Of a stretch of DNA of 64,000 nucleotides, positions 21,235 through 30,086 are shown piece after piece. The stretch comes from Candidatus Dormiibacterota bacterium. Lineage in GTDB: Bacteria > Chloroflexota > Dormibacteria > Aeolococcales > Aeolococcaceae. Location of the stretch: assembly GCA_963833055.1 (NCBI GenBank), contig CAWHWM010000005.1, positions 9,321 to 73,320 of the forward strand, given 5' to 3'. Under the pieces are notes generated by a model. It was not told the origin of the DNA, searched no databases, and worked only from the letters and a program-made list of their open reading frames with translations. The position numbers were made by a program, and so were the translations under genes. How positions within the stretch are numbered: position 1 is the first letter of the stretch; each line of letters begins with the position of its first letter.

Positions 21235-21276
21235 GTCTTCCTCCTCACCGTATCCTCCTGCGTCGAGCCTGGATCT

Positions 21277-22719
21277 TCAGGCTTCGATGTTGCTCATCAC
21301 GTGCTTGATGCGCGTGTAGTCCTCAAACCCGTACATGGAAAGGTCCTTGCCATATCCCGAGTGCTTGTATCCCCCGTGCGGCATCTCGGAGATGAGCGGG
21401 ATGTGCGTGTTGATCCACACGCAACCGAAATCAAGTGCACGTGCCATCCGCATCGCGCGGCCGTGGTCTCGGGTCCAGACGCTCGCGGAGAGACCGTACT
21501 CGACGCCGTTGGCCCATTCGAGCGCCTTTGCCTCATCGTCGAAGCGCTGCACGGTGATGACCGGTCCGAAGATCTCGCGCTGGATGAGGTCGTCATCCTG
21601 GCGGAGACCCGCGATGACCGTTGCGTCGTGGAAGTACCCTCGGTCGCCGACGCGATGGCCACCCGCGACGACGTCCGCGTGGGCCGGCGCGCCACCGACC
21701 AACTCCCGGACGCGGTCGAACTGGCGGGCGTTGTTGAGCGGTCCGAACGCCGCGTCCTCATCGTCGGGAGCACCCGTCTTGTTCACCGCAGCCTGTTCGG
21801 CCAGCGCGGCAACCAAGTCGTCGTGGATCGATGCTGCGGCGAGGACTCGCGTCGCGGCCGTGCAGTCCTGGCCGGCGTTGAAATAGCCGGCCATCGCGAC
21901 CGCCTCTGCCGTCGATGCGATGTCGGAATCGTCGAAGACGATGACCGGTGCCTTGCCGCCGAGCTCGAGGTGCACGCGCTTGAGGTCGCCGGCAGCCGCA
22001 CGGGCGACCTCCATCCCGGCGCGAACACTGCCGGTGATCGATGCCATCGCCGGGATCCGGTGGGTCACCAATGCCGCTCCGGTGCTGGGATCGCCGCACA
22101 CCACGTTGAAGACGCCGGGTGGCAGGAACTCAGCCATGATCTCGGCCATCAGCAGAGTCGTCACGGGCGTCGTGTCCGATGGCTTGAGCACGACGGTATT
22201 GCCCGCAGCGATCGCCGGCGCCCATTTCCAGATCGCCATGAGCATCGGGTAGTTCCACGGCGTGACCTGGGCGCAGACCCCAACCGGCTCGCGACGGATC
22301 ATCGACGTGTGTCCGGTCATGTACTCACCGGCGCTCCGTCCCTCGAGGATCCGTGCGCATCCGGCGAAGAACCGCACCGGGTCGATCAGCTGCGGGATTT
22401 CCTCACTCCGTGTGAGCGAGATCGGCTTGCCGGTGTTCTCGCACTCGAGCGCGACGAATTCCTCGGAGCGCTTCTCGAATGCGTCGGCAATGCGCAGCAG
22501 CGCGAGGCTGCGCTCTCGCGGAGTCGTATCGCGCCAACCGCCGAATGCCCGTTGCGCCGCCTGGAGCGCCGCGTCCACATCGGCGGGGCTGGAGACCGGC
22601 GCCTGGGCAAACTCCTCGCCGGTGACCGGGTTGATCAGGGGCGTGGAGGCATCGGAGCTCGCGTCGCGGTAGTCGCCGTCAACGAAGTTGCGCAGGGTGC
22701 GCACCGCGACAGTGCTCAT
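21277..22719 (-). CDS. NAD(P)-dependent aldehyde dehydrogenase (aminobutyraldehyde-DH-like)
   Basis: ATG at 22719 overlaps the upstream stop (ATGA); ALDH motifs LELGGKAP (Glu) and GQDCTAATRV (Cys), NAD-binding WNYPM. Confidence 0.9.
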   Translation of the reverse strand: MSTVAVRTLRNFVDGDYRDASSDASTPLINPVTGEEFAQAPVSSPADVDAALQAAQRAFGGWRDTTPRERSLALLRIADAFEKRSEEFVALECENTGKPISLTRSEEIPQLIDPVRFFAGCARILEGRSAGEYMTGHTSMIRREPVGVCAQVTPWNYPMLMAIWKWAPAIAAGNTVVLKPSDTTPVTTLLMAEIMAEFLPPGVFNVVCGDPSTGAALVTHRIPAMASITGSVRAGMEVARAAAGDLKRVHLELGGKAPVIVFDDSDIASTAEAVAMAGYFNAGQDCTAATRVLAAASIHDDLVAALAEQAAVNKTGAPDDEDAAFGPLNNARQFDRVRELVGGAPAHADVVAGGHRVGDRGYFHDATVIAGLRQDDDLIQREIFGPVITVQRFDDEAKALEWANGVEYGLSASVWTRDHGRAMRMARALDFGCVWINTHIPLISEMPHGGYKHSGYGKDLSMYGFEDYTRIKHVMSNIEA

Positions 22720-24074
22720 GCCTTGAGGTCTCGCGCCAGTTCGCGGAAGTTGTCGACATAGCGCCTGACGTCCTCCGTCGAGTGCTGGACGGAGAGCGTC
22801 CAGTTCTCCTCGGCGCCCGGCGCCATCAGCACGCCGCGATTGGTCTGATAGAGCCACGAGATATACGCGAGCGACTTGTCCATGGCGGCGTAGTCGCGGT
22901 AGTTGCGAACCGGTTGCTCGCGATAGGTGACGCACCCACGCGCTCCCATCGACACGACATGGAAGGGGAGTGCGTACTCAGCCATGACCTCGCGGAGCCC
23001 GCCACTCAGCTCCTCGGTCAGCGCGTCGAGATGTGAATACGCCTGCCCGGTGAGCACCTCGGTGAGCGTGGCGCGAGACGCGGCGGTGGTGAGCGGATTG
23101 CCGTTGAAGGTGCCGAGCTGCGCCACCTTGCCGTCGCTGATCGTGGCCATGATGTCGGCCCGGCCACCCACTGCGCCGCAGGGGAGGCCACCGCCGATCG
23201 CCTTGGCAAGGCACACGATGTCCGGGACGACACCGAAGCGTTCGGTGGCGCCGCCCGGGGCGATCGTGACGCCGGTCTTGACCTCGTCGAAGATCACAAC
23301 GGCGCCATGGCGATGGGCGATCTCGACCACACCCGCCAGGTATCCCGGCTCGGGAAGCACGAACCCGATGTTCATCATCGCGGGCTCGACGATCACGCCG
23401 GCGACCTGACCCGGATGCGTGGCGAATGCACGCTCGAGCGCCTCGAGGTCATTGAAGCCGACCACCGTGGTGAGCTCGACGGTGGATGCCGGGATGCCGC
23501 CGGTCATCGGCACCGAGTTCGGCTCGGCTTCGTCGCCAACGAGATCCATGTCCGGCTCGACCGAGACGAGGACCAAGTCGTGGTGCCCGTGGTACGAGGC
23601 CTCGATCTTGATGATGCGTTCGCGATCCGTGAAGCCACGAGCCAGGCGGATCGCATCCAGCGTCAACTCCGTGCCGCTGTTGGTGAATCGCCACTGCGGC
23701 TGCTGGAACCGGCGCGCGAGCTCCGTCGCCACGACGATGTTCTCGGCAACCGGTTGCGCGAAGTGCGAGCCACGATGCATCTGCGCATCAACGGCCGCGA
23801 CGATCGCGGGGTGCGCATGTCCGACGACCATGACACCAAAGCCGTTGTGGAAGTCGACGTACTCGTTGCCGTCCACATCCCACACGCGGCTGCCCTTCCC
23901 GTAGTCGATGAAGACCGGCTGCGGCGGCGTGTCCTGGAACGAGCTGGGCACGCCGCGGGGGATCACCTTCTTCGCGTCCTCCCACAGCTCGCGCGAGCGT
24001 GCGCGCTTGGAGCGGAAGACCTCCTCCTCGTGGGAGGTGAGGGCAGCGACCCGATCCGCAGCGACGTCAACCAT
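22716..24074 (-). CDS. class-III aminotransferase, glutamate-1-semialdehyde-aminomutase-like paralog
   Basis: FDEVKTGVTIAPGG, LAKAIGGGLPCGAVGG (Lys), N-terminal HemL-like KKVIPRGVPSSF; start ATG 24074 or TTG 24122. Confidence 0.85.
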   Translation of the reverse strand: MVDVAADRVAALTSHEEEVFRSKRARSRELWEDAKKVIPRGVPSSFQDTPPQPVFIDYGKGSRVWDVDGNEYVDFHNGFGVMVVGHAHPAIVAAVDAQMHRGSHFAQPVAENIVVATELARRFQQPQWRFTNSGTELTLDAIRLARGFTDRERIIKIEASYHGHHDLVLVSVEPDMDLVGDEAEPNSVPMTGGIPASTVELTTVVGFNDLEALERAFATHPGQVAGVIVEPAMMNIGFVLPEPGYLAGVVEIAHRHGAVVIFDEVKTGVTIAPGGATERFGVVPDIVCLAKAIGGGLPCGAVGGRADIMATISDGKVAQLGTFNGNPLTTAASRATLTEVLTGQAYSHLDALTEELSGGLREVMAEYALPFHVVSMGARGCVTYREQPVRNYRDYAAMDKSLAYISWLYQTNRGVLMAPGAEENWTLSVQHSTEDVRRYVDNFRELARDLKA

Positions 24075-24192
24075 GCTCGTAAGCCATTGACCAGGTCCCT
24101 CCAGGACGCCCCGTGGTTGCAAGGAATCCTACTGAACGCCTGTAGAATCAGCGCAACGTTAGACGCAAACCAGTGGGACCGTCAAGCGAACG

Positions 24193-24507
24193 TCAGCGCC
24201 AGTCCACCTCGGTGACCTGACCATCCAGGATCTCGATCGTGATGGTGGCGCAGGGACCTTCGGCCCAGAGCGTCCAGCGGCCCTCGCTGAGCGAGGGGAA
24301 GAGGGCCACCGGCACCGTCTCACCGTGCAGAGAACGCTCGTGCACGCCTGTGTGCGTCCGCGCCTCGGGCTGATCCTCGGGGCTGACCTCGGGCTCGGTG
24401 TGGAGGAGCGCTGCCGGCACGATCACCACCAGCGCTCCTGTTCCCCCACCGATGTCGAGGACCGCCGGCCCGCTTGGAGCGGGGCCGGCGAACTCGATCG
24501 TGTTCAA
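24193..24507 (-). CDS. hypothetical protein (104 aa) co-transcribed with DUF4331 gene
   Basis: ATG overlaps the DUF4331 stop (ATGA at 24504-24507); no domain recognised. Confidence 0.5.
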   Translation of the reverse strand: MNTIEFAGPAPSGPAVLDIGGGTGALVVIVPAALLHTEPEVSPEDQPEARTHTGVHERSLHGETVPVALFPSLSEGRWTLWAEGPCATITIEILDGQVTEVDWR

Positions 24508-25883
24508 CTCGGGGTGTCGAATCCGTTGAGCGGCACGCCCAGGTACGGGAAGTGATCGATGTACCGGTTGTTGGCCGGTACAGCGCCACTGCTGAACTGA
24601 GCGGCTGAGAAGTCGCTGACGACGCCTGCGGCGCCGTCGGGCGTGTAGGACTTGTCCACGAGCGGGATCGTGACGCCGGCGATGGCGCGGATCTCGATGG
24701 TTGCGACGTCGTCGAACACGCGGCGGCCGTTCGGGAACCCTGCGAGGTCACCGCCGAGGATGCCGTTGATGTTCGGCTTCGATGCCGGCGGAATCGCCAT
24801 GTTCAGACGGAGCAGGTCGGCCGGGGTCGACCCGGTCGAGTTCTGGAAGCCCGCAACGATTCCCGAGGGGATTCCCGTCAGCAGGATGGCCTCGAGGTCG
24901 GCACGCGCCGGCTTGTAGGCGGCGAGGTTCGGGAACACACCGGGGTAGAGGACCGGGAGGAGTCCCTGGAGCTCGGGATGGGCGTAGTTCGCGACGAACT
25001 GCGCATCGTTCTGCGGCTCGGTGGAGTTCCAGAAGTCCTTGGTCCCGATGGGGATGACCACCTCATTGATGAGCGGCATGCCGAGGCGCGACACCTGGAC
25101 CCACGGACCGACGTCCATGGTGCGGCCACCCTTGTCCAGCACGGTCGACTTGCGGCGGCTGGCGGTGGTGTACACGCCGATGACCGAGTCCGCGCTGGTC
25201 GGGTCGGTGGGCATCTCGCCGTTCTTGGTGAGGTTCGTCTTGGGGATCTGGATGGCGATCGTGTGGACGTTGAGGTGCTTCGTGGAATCGACGCCACCGA
25301 CGGCCGGCAGCGGGATCAGGTGCAGGTTCTGGAACGGACGCAGCGCGCCGAGGTCGAAGATCGATCCGAGGTCGACGTAGAAGCCTTCACGGCGCTGGCC
25401 GGCGAACACCCATCCACCGTCGAGCGCATGCACCGCGGAACGTGCGAGCGCGCCGTAGTTCGGGGTCGAGCGCACGCCGACATTCACCGGCGGGCACGCG
25501 AGCTTGCTCGCAAGCACTTCGGACTTGCCGTGCTTGATCTTGGTGACCGAGTAGAACTGACGGACGTTCCAGCTCGAGCTGGTCAGGCTGGTGATCGGCC
25601 CGGTGTTGTACAGGAACGTGTTCGGGTCGGTGTACTCGGTGGTGAACGCGAACTGATAGGTGATCGCGTCGGCGACGCTGCCGCCGTTGGTGACCGTGAT
25701 CTCGTAGAGCACGTCGTCGCCGAAGTTGTAGAAGTTCGGTCCGCCGTCCGGTCCCTCGAGCGGGATGTAGTTGGCGATCAGCGTCACCGTGTCGGGATGA
25801 TCCGGGCTGGTGAACGCGTAAAGGTCAGTGCTGTCTGCAACCGGGTCCTGCGAGATCCCGGGTGCTTCACGATGCGAAGACAT
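24504..25883 (-). CDS. DUF4331-family protein
   Basis: 459 aa starting MSSHREAPGISQDPVADSTDLYAF, an N-terminal signature I recall for DUF4331; beta-rich, no obvious signal peptide. Confidence 0.75.
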   Translation of the reverse strand: MSSHREAPGISQDPVADSTDLYAFTSPDHPDTVTLIANYIPLEGPDGGPNFYNFGDDVLYEITVTNGGSVADAITYQFAFTTEYTDPNTFLYNTGPITSLTSSSWNVRQFYSVTKIKHGKSEVLASKLACPPVNVGVRSTPNYGALARSAVHALDGGWVFAGQRREGFYVDLGSIFDLGALRPFQNLHLIPLPAVGGVDSTKHLNVHTIAIQIPKTNLTKNGEMPTDPTSADSVIGVYTTASRRKSTVLDKGGRTMDVGPWVQVSRLGMPLINEVVIPIGTKDFWNSTEPQNDAQFVANYAHPELQGLLPVLYPGVFPNLAAYKPARADLEAILLTGIPSGIVAGFQNSTGSTPADLLRLNMAIPPASKPNINGILGGDLAGFPNGRRVFDDVATIEIRAIAGVTIPLVDKSYTPDGAAGVVSDFSAAQFSSGAVPANNRYIDHFPYLGVPLNGFDTPS

Positions 25884-25926
25884 GTGTACCCCTCGTGAGG
25901 ATGTGAATGCTGTTGTGGTGGGCGGT

Positions 25927-26196
25927 TCAGCGCGCTGCGCGCTGGAGACGCCGGATGAGCTGCGGGTCCTTGGTCACGACCTCGCGATGGCCGACCATCA
26001 CGGCGATCTCGCCGGTCGCCGCGTCGCGCACGTACGCGGTCATGGGCGCGCTCGACACTGGACCGTCACTCGCATCGGCGACGTTCTGCGCCGCCTCGAC
26101 GAGCGTGCTCGGCCCGGCGAGAAGCCCCATCGCCGCCACTCCGCCCGCTGCCCCCACTGTCGTGGACAGAAACGTCCGCCGTGTCACCTTGGCCAT
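25927..26196 (-). CDS. small protein with twin-arginine (Tat) signal peptide (89 aa)
   Basis: MAKVTRRTFLSTTVGAAGGVAAMGLLAGPSTLVEA: RRxFL motif, h-region, AxA cleavage-site-like. Confidence 0.6.
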   Translation of the reverse strand: MAKVTRRTFLSTTVGAAGGVAAMGLLAGPSTLVEAAQNVADASDGPVSSAPMTAYVRDAATGEIAVMVGHREVVTKDPQLIRRLQRAAR

Positions 26197-26335
26197 GTGT
26201 ACACCTCTGCTGGAGCGGTCGTTGGCGATCCGGTTGGCCGTCTTGTCACCGCCCTGTCACCGCTTGGTACGGACGGCTCCGTGTGCCGGATCACTGCCCG
26301 CCGCCGGCATGCACGCCGGTGCGGTGCGACGCGTC

Positions 26336-27010
26336 TCAGGTCCAGGCGGGGACGAGCACCTCGACGCTGTCAGCGGTGACACGCGTCTGGATCGCAGGCA
26401 GAGGATTCAGGCGATAGTCGCCGGGATTCGCCGCGCCCGTGAGGTTGAAGCTCATGGGATGGCACGGGCAGACGAGCTTGCTCTGGGACGCCTCGGGAAC
26501 CAGCGTGCAGCCCTGATGCGTGCAGACCGCGCTCAGCGCCTGGACCTTGTCGTCGAGCGTGAAGACGACGCCCTGCAGGCCGCCGGCGGAGAACTGCTTG
26601 ATCCTGCCCGGCTTGACGTCATCGAGGGTCGCGACGGCCACCCACGTGCTGATGTACGGCTGGATCGTCCCGCCGCCGCTGGCCGGTGCCGTGAGCGCCT
26701 CGCGCAGCCCTTCAGCACCGATCCCGGCGGCGACGGACGCCGCGACAGTCGCCAGCCCACCGACCAGGAAACGCCTGCGGCGGATGCCCGCCTCCGTCCA
26801 CCCGGGCTCGTGGCCCTGTGCGTCGCGTAGCTGACGCGCGAGGCCGTCGACGAATGCCGGCGACGGGGTCGACCCACCTGGGTGCGCCGCGCGCAGCCGC
26901 GTGGCAACCTGCATCGCCGCGGAATCGTCACCTGCTGGGATGCGCGGCGGCCGGCGGTTGGCGATGAGCGCCTTGACGAAGCGCGCGAGGCGGCGGTCAG
27001 CTTTCGACAT
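26336..27010 (-). CDS. Rieske [2Fe-2S] domain protein with cytoplasmic N-terminal region and internal RRxFL-TM anchor (candidate anti-sigma factor)
   Basis: ATG 27010 lies 14 nt inside the ECF sigma gene; Rieske boxes CTHQGC and CPCHPMSF; RRRFLVGGLATVAASVAAG around residue 85. Confidence 0.75.
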   Translation of the reverse strand: MSKADRRLARFVKALIANRRPPRIPAGDDSAAMQVATRLRAAHPGGSTPSPAFVDGLARQLRDAQGHEPGWTEAGIRRRRFLVGGLATVAASVAAGIGAEGLREALTAPASGGGTIQPYISTWVAVATLDDVKPGRIKQFSAGGLQGVVFTLDDKVQALSAVCTHQGCTLVPEASQSKLVCPCHPMSFNLTGAANPGDYRLNPLPAIQTRVTADSVEVLVPAWT

Positions 27011-27527
27011 CACGAACTCCCGTGGCGGCCGCTCGGCGCAGGGCGCGGAGCTGCAGCACCTTGGCGTTGGCAACGCTCACGCCCATCGCCGCCGCGGTCT
27101 CCCGTATCGAGTAGCCGCGCAGAAACCGGAACTCGAGGACACTCCGGTAGTTGTCCGGGAGCCCGTCGAGGATGGGGCTGACGTCCACGTCGTGCTCGCG
27201 CTCCGGGGGCTGGGTGGCATCGCGCTGATCATCGAACTCCATCAGGACCGTCCCGTGGCGCTGCCGCCACACGTCGGCGAGCACGCTGCGAGCGGTGGTC
27301 CGCAGGTATGCGCGGGTCTCCGCGGCCGAGACGTCGGAGCGGAGCCTCGGGAGTGCCCGGAGGAAGGTGGTCGAGGTCACGTCCTCGGCGTCCGCTGTAT
27401 TGCCGGTTCGCGAGTAGACATACCGATAGAGAGGAGCCACATGCTCCTGGTAGACGGATTCCCAGTCGTTCGAGCGATCTGGGCCGCCAACCACGCGAAG
27501 CGGGGGCGGCGATTCAGGAACGGCCAC
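26997..27527 (-). CDS. ECF-type RNA polymerase sigma-70 factor
   Basis: Region 2 (VAPLYRYVYSRTGNTADAEDVTSTTFLRA) and region 4 HTH (YRSVLEFRFLRGYSIRETAAAMGVSVANAKVLQLRALRR). Confidence 0.85.
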   Translation of the reverse strand: MAVPESPPPLRVVGGPDRSNDWESVYQEHVAPLYRYVYSRTGNTADAEDVTSTTFLRALPRLRSDVSAAETRAYLRTTARSVLADVWRQRHGTVLMEFDDQRDATQPPEREHDVDVSPILDGLPDNYRSVLEFRFLRGYSIRETAAAMGVSVANAKVLQLRALRRAAATGVRDVES

Positions 27528-27602
27528 TGTCGTTCATGTTCTACGGATCGGGGTTACGCAACCGGCCGTTCGGGGCATGATTGGCACAGAGGGTTTTTCG
27601 CC

Positions 27603-28652
27603 ATGAGTTCCGACGCTTCCCACGACCGTCTCATCGGGACAGTCTCGCTGGTCCTGGATCGGATGGTGCACGTGCGCCTGACCGCCGTCGGCATCACTCG
27701 CCCGGATTCGATCGACCGCACTCCGGCCGATCCCGTCGAGTTCTGGGAGCAGAGCCGGGTCCACGATCCACATCCCATCCATGTCAACCGCGAGTGGGAA
27801 TCGCTCGGCGGCCCACGCTGGCGTGAGCTCGAACTCGAAGGTGACAGCGTCGGCCCGGGGCACCACTGGGGCAGCCGGCACCTGGTCGCGACGGCGCACG
27901 TCCGCCGCGAGCCGGGACCTGCTCCGTTCGTGCTGCTGCTCCACGGCTACGCGGTTCCGCAGACCACCTACGACCGATGGCTCGCCCGGCAGATGCGCAT
28001 GCGGGGCGCCCACACCGCCAGGCTCGACCTGCCGTACCACCTGCGCCGGACGCTGCCACATCAGCGGAGCGGCGACGGGTACTTCAGCCTCGACCCGGCT
28101 CACATCCGCGCGGTGGTGCGCCAGACCGTCGAGGACGCCGCCGCCATCGTCGCGTGGGCTCGCGCGGAGGTCAGCCCGTACGTGACCGTCGTCGGCGTGA
28201 GCCTCGGCGGGCTCATCGCCACCCAGCTGGCGGCGCACCTCGAGCTCGACCGCGTCATCGCCGTGGCCCCATTCTGCGATCCCGCGACGACGCTATCGCA
28301 GCGACCACCCACCCCGTCGCTGCGCCACCTCGGCATGATCGGCGAGCACACCGTCTCCTGGGGTCCCGACCGGGCCAGCGCGGGTGCGTTCCTGCAGGCG
28401 ACGCTTGCCCCGCTCGTGGCGCGCAACCTGACGCCGCGAACGCCGGGCAGCCGGATCACGCTGGTGCGCGCCATGCAGGACCTGGTGGTCGGCCCGGACC
28501 CCGTCACGCAGCTCGCCGACGCGTGGAACACGGACCTGTGGACCTACCCGCACGGCCACATGAACGTGATGAGCGCCAGTGGGATCGCCCGGCGGATCGC
28601 CGACCTTGCGACCAGGATGCACGACGAGCCCGGCCTGTCCGTCGCGGTATGA
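27603..28652 (+). CDS. alpha/beta-fold hydrolase
   Basis: ATG 27603 (upstream part of the 583-aa ORF is an R-rich artefact); nucleophile elbow GVSLGG; HG oxyanion-like LLLHGY. Confidence 0.7.
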   Translation: MSSDASHDRLIGTVSLVLDRMVHVRLTAVGITRPDSIDRTPADPVEFWEQSRVHDPHPIHVNREWESLGGPRWRELELEGDSVGPGHHWGSRHLVATAHVRREPGPAPFVLLLHGYAVPQTTYDRWLARQMRMRGAHTARLDLPYHLRRTLPHQRSGDGYFSLDPAHIRAVVRQTVEDAAAIVAWARAEVSPYVTVVGVSLGGLIATQLAAHLELDRVIAVAPFCDPATTLSQRPPTPSLRHLGMIGEHTVSWGPDRASAGAFLQATLAPLVARNLTPRTPGSRITLVRAMQDLVVGPDPVTQLADAWNTDLWTYPHGHMNVMSASGIARRIADLATRMHDEPGLSVAV

Positions 28653-29206
28653 CCGTCGCCCGGCCGGTGCTCCGTCGCGAGGGCACCACCCCGTCGGGAC
28701 ATCCTTATGTGATCCGACCGTCCCAGGACGGCGACGCCCCGGGCATCGCGGCTCTGATCGATGCCGTGGCGGGGGAGGGCGAGCTCATCGCGGCCGTCCC
28801 CGGTGAGCCCGACACCATCGAGCAGACCGTCCGGCTCGTGTCGATCGTGCTGGAGGGTGGGCTCAGCCTGACCCTCGAGGTCGGCGGCGTCCCGGCCGGC
28901 CATGTCATGGTGCAGCGACGCGCCGGGCGCCACTACGGGCACGTCGGTGAAATAGCCATCCTTGTCAGCAACAGCGAGCGCGGGGCAGGGCTCGGACGCG
29001 CATTGATGGAGATGGCGATCGACTGGAGTTGCGTTGTGGGACTCGCCAAGCTGACGCTCCGCGTCTTTCCCGACAACCGGCGCGCGATCGCGCTGTATCG
29101 GGCGCTCGGCTTCGAGGATGAGGGCCTCGTCAAGGGCGAGGTGCGCATGCCGAGCGGCGATCGCGACCTGCTGCTGATGGGGCTCGCCCTGGCGGACCGG
29201 GCGTGA
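28649..29206 (+). CDS. GNAT-family N-acetyltransferase
   Basis: ATG overlaps the hydrolase stop (ATGA); acetyl-CoA motif SNSERGAGLGRALM. Confidence 0.85.
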   Translation: MTVARPVLRREGTTPSGHPYVIRPSQDGDAPGIAALIDAVAGEGELIAAVPGEPDTIEQTVRLVSIVLEGGLSLTLEVGGVPAGHVMVQRRAGRHYGHVGEIAILVSNSERGAGLGRALMEMAIDWSCVVGLAKLTLRVFPDNRRAIALYRALGFEDEGLVKGEVRMPSGDRDLLLMGLALADRA

Positions 29207-29234
29207 TGCGCGCCCCTGCTATCCTGCGGAACGA

Positions 29235-30086
29235 ATGAGCGACTCGCGCCCGATCGGCGTGTTCAACTCCGGGGTCGGCGGCCTGACCGTGCTGCGCGAG
29301 ATCCGCCGCCGGATGCCGGCGGAAGGGCTGATCTACGTCGCCGACCTGGAGCACTTCCCGTACGGACCGCGCTCGCAGGCGCAGGTGCGCGGTGTCGCGC
29401 TGGACATCATCGCCATGCTCGCCGGGATGGACACCAAGCTCGTCGTGATCGCGTGCAACACGGCCACGGCGGCGGCGCTCAACATCGCACGGGAGCGCTT
29501 TGACATCCCGGTCGTCGGGGTGATCGCGCCGGGAGCGCAGGCTGCCGCCGCGGCCACACGCAACGCGCGAGTTGCGGTCCTGAGCACCGAGGGAACCCGC
29601 GCGAGCGGCGAGTATGTCCACGCGATCAAGGAGGCCAACCCCGGGATCGTCGTGCTGAGCGAAGTGGCGCCGGACCTGGTCGAGATCGTCGAGGACGGCG
29701 ACGCGGATACGCCGCGTGCGGACGACGCGCTCCGCCCGGTGCTCGCGCGCATCCTCGAATGGCACGCGGACACGCTCGTCCTCGGCTGTACGCACTACCC
29801 ACTGCTCCGGCCGGCGCTCCAGCGGGTGATTGGATCGCATCCTCTCCGCGTCGTCGACAGCGCCGACACCACGGCCGCGCGGGTCAGCCGCATCATCGAC
29901 GTCAACCGGATCGGCGCCGGCGAGCGCGGCGCCGATGCTCCCGGGGCACCACGTCTGGAGATCGTCGTCACCGCAGATCCGGCGCGATTCGAGGCCAGCG
30001 CCAGCCGTCTCTTCACCGAGCCGCTCCCGCATCCACAGCTCCGGCAGCCGGCGCCGTGGACGATCCGGGTGGCGGCGGGGTCGTGA
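29235..30086 (+). CDS. murI: glutamate racemase
   Basis: IGVFNSGVGGLTV, VIACNTATAAAL, LVLGCTHYPLL (both catalytic Cys contexts present). Confidence 0.9.
   Translation: MSDSRPIGVFNSGVGGLTVLREIRRRMPAEGLIYVADLEHFPYGPRSQAQVRGVALDIIAMLAGMDTKLVVIACNTATAAALNIARERFDIPVVGVIAPGAQAAAAATRNARVAVLSTEGTRASGEYVHAIKEANPGIVVLSEVAPDLVEIVEDGDADTPRADDALRPVLARILEWHADTLVLGCTHYPLLRPALQRVIGSHPLRVVDSADTTAARVSRIIDVNRIGAGERGADAPGAPRLEIVVTADPARFEASASRLFTEPLPHPQLRQPAPWTIRVAAGS

Noticed and set aside
26901-28652. The 583-aa ORF as one gene
   Set aside because: The upstream 234 codons are antisense to the ECF sigma and Rieske genes and are compositionally biased. The alpha/beta-hydrolase starts at ATG 27603.
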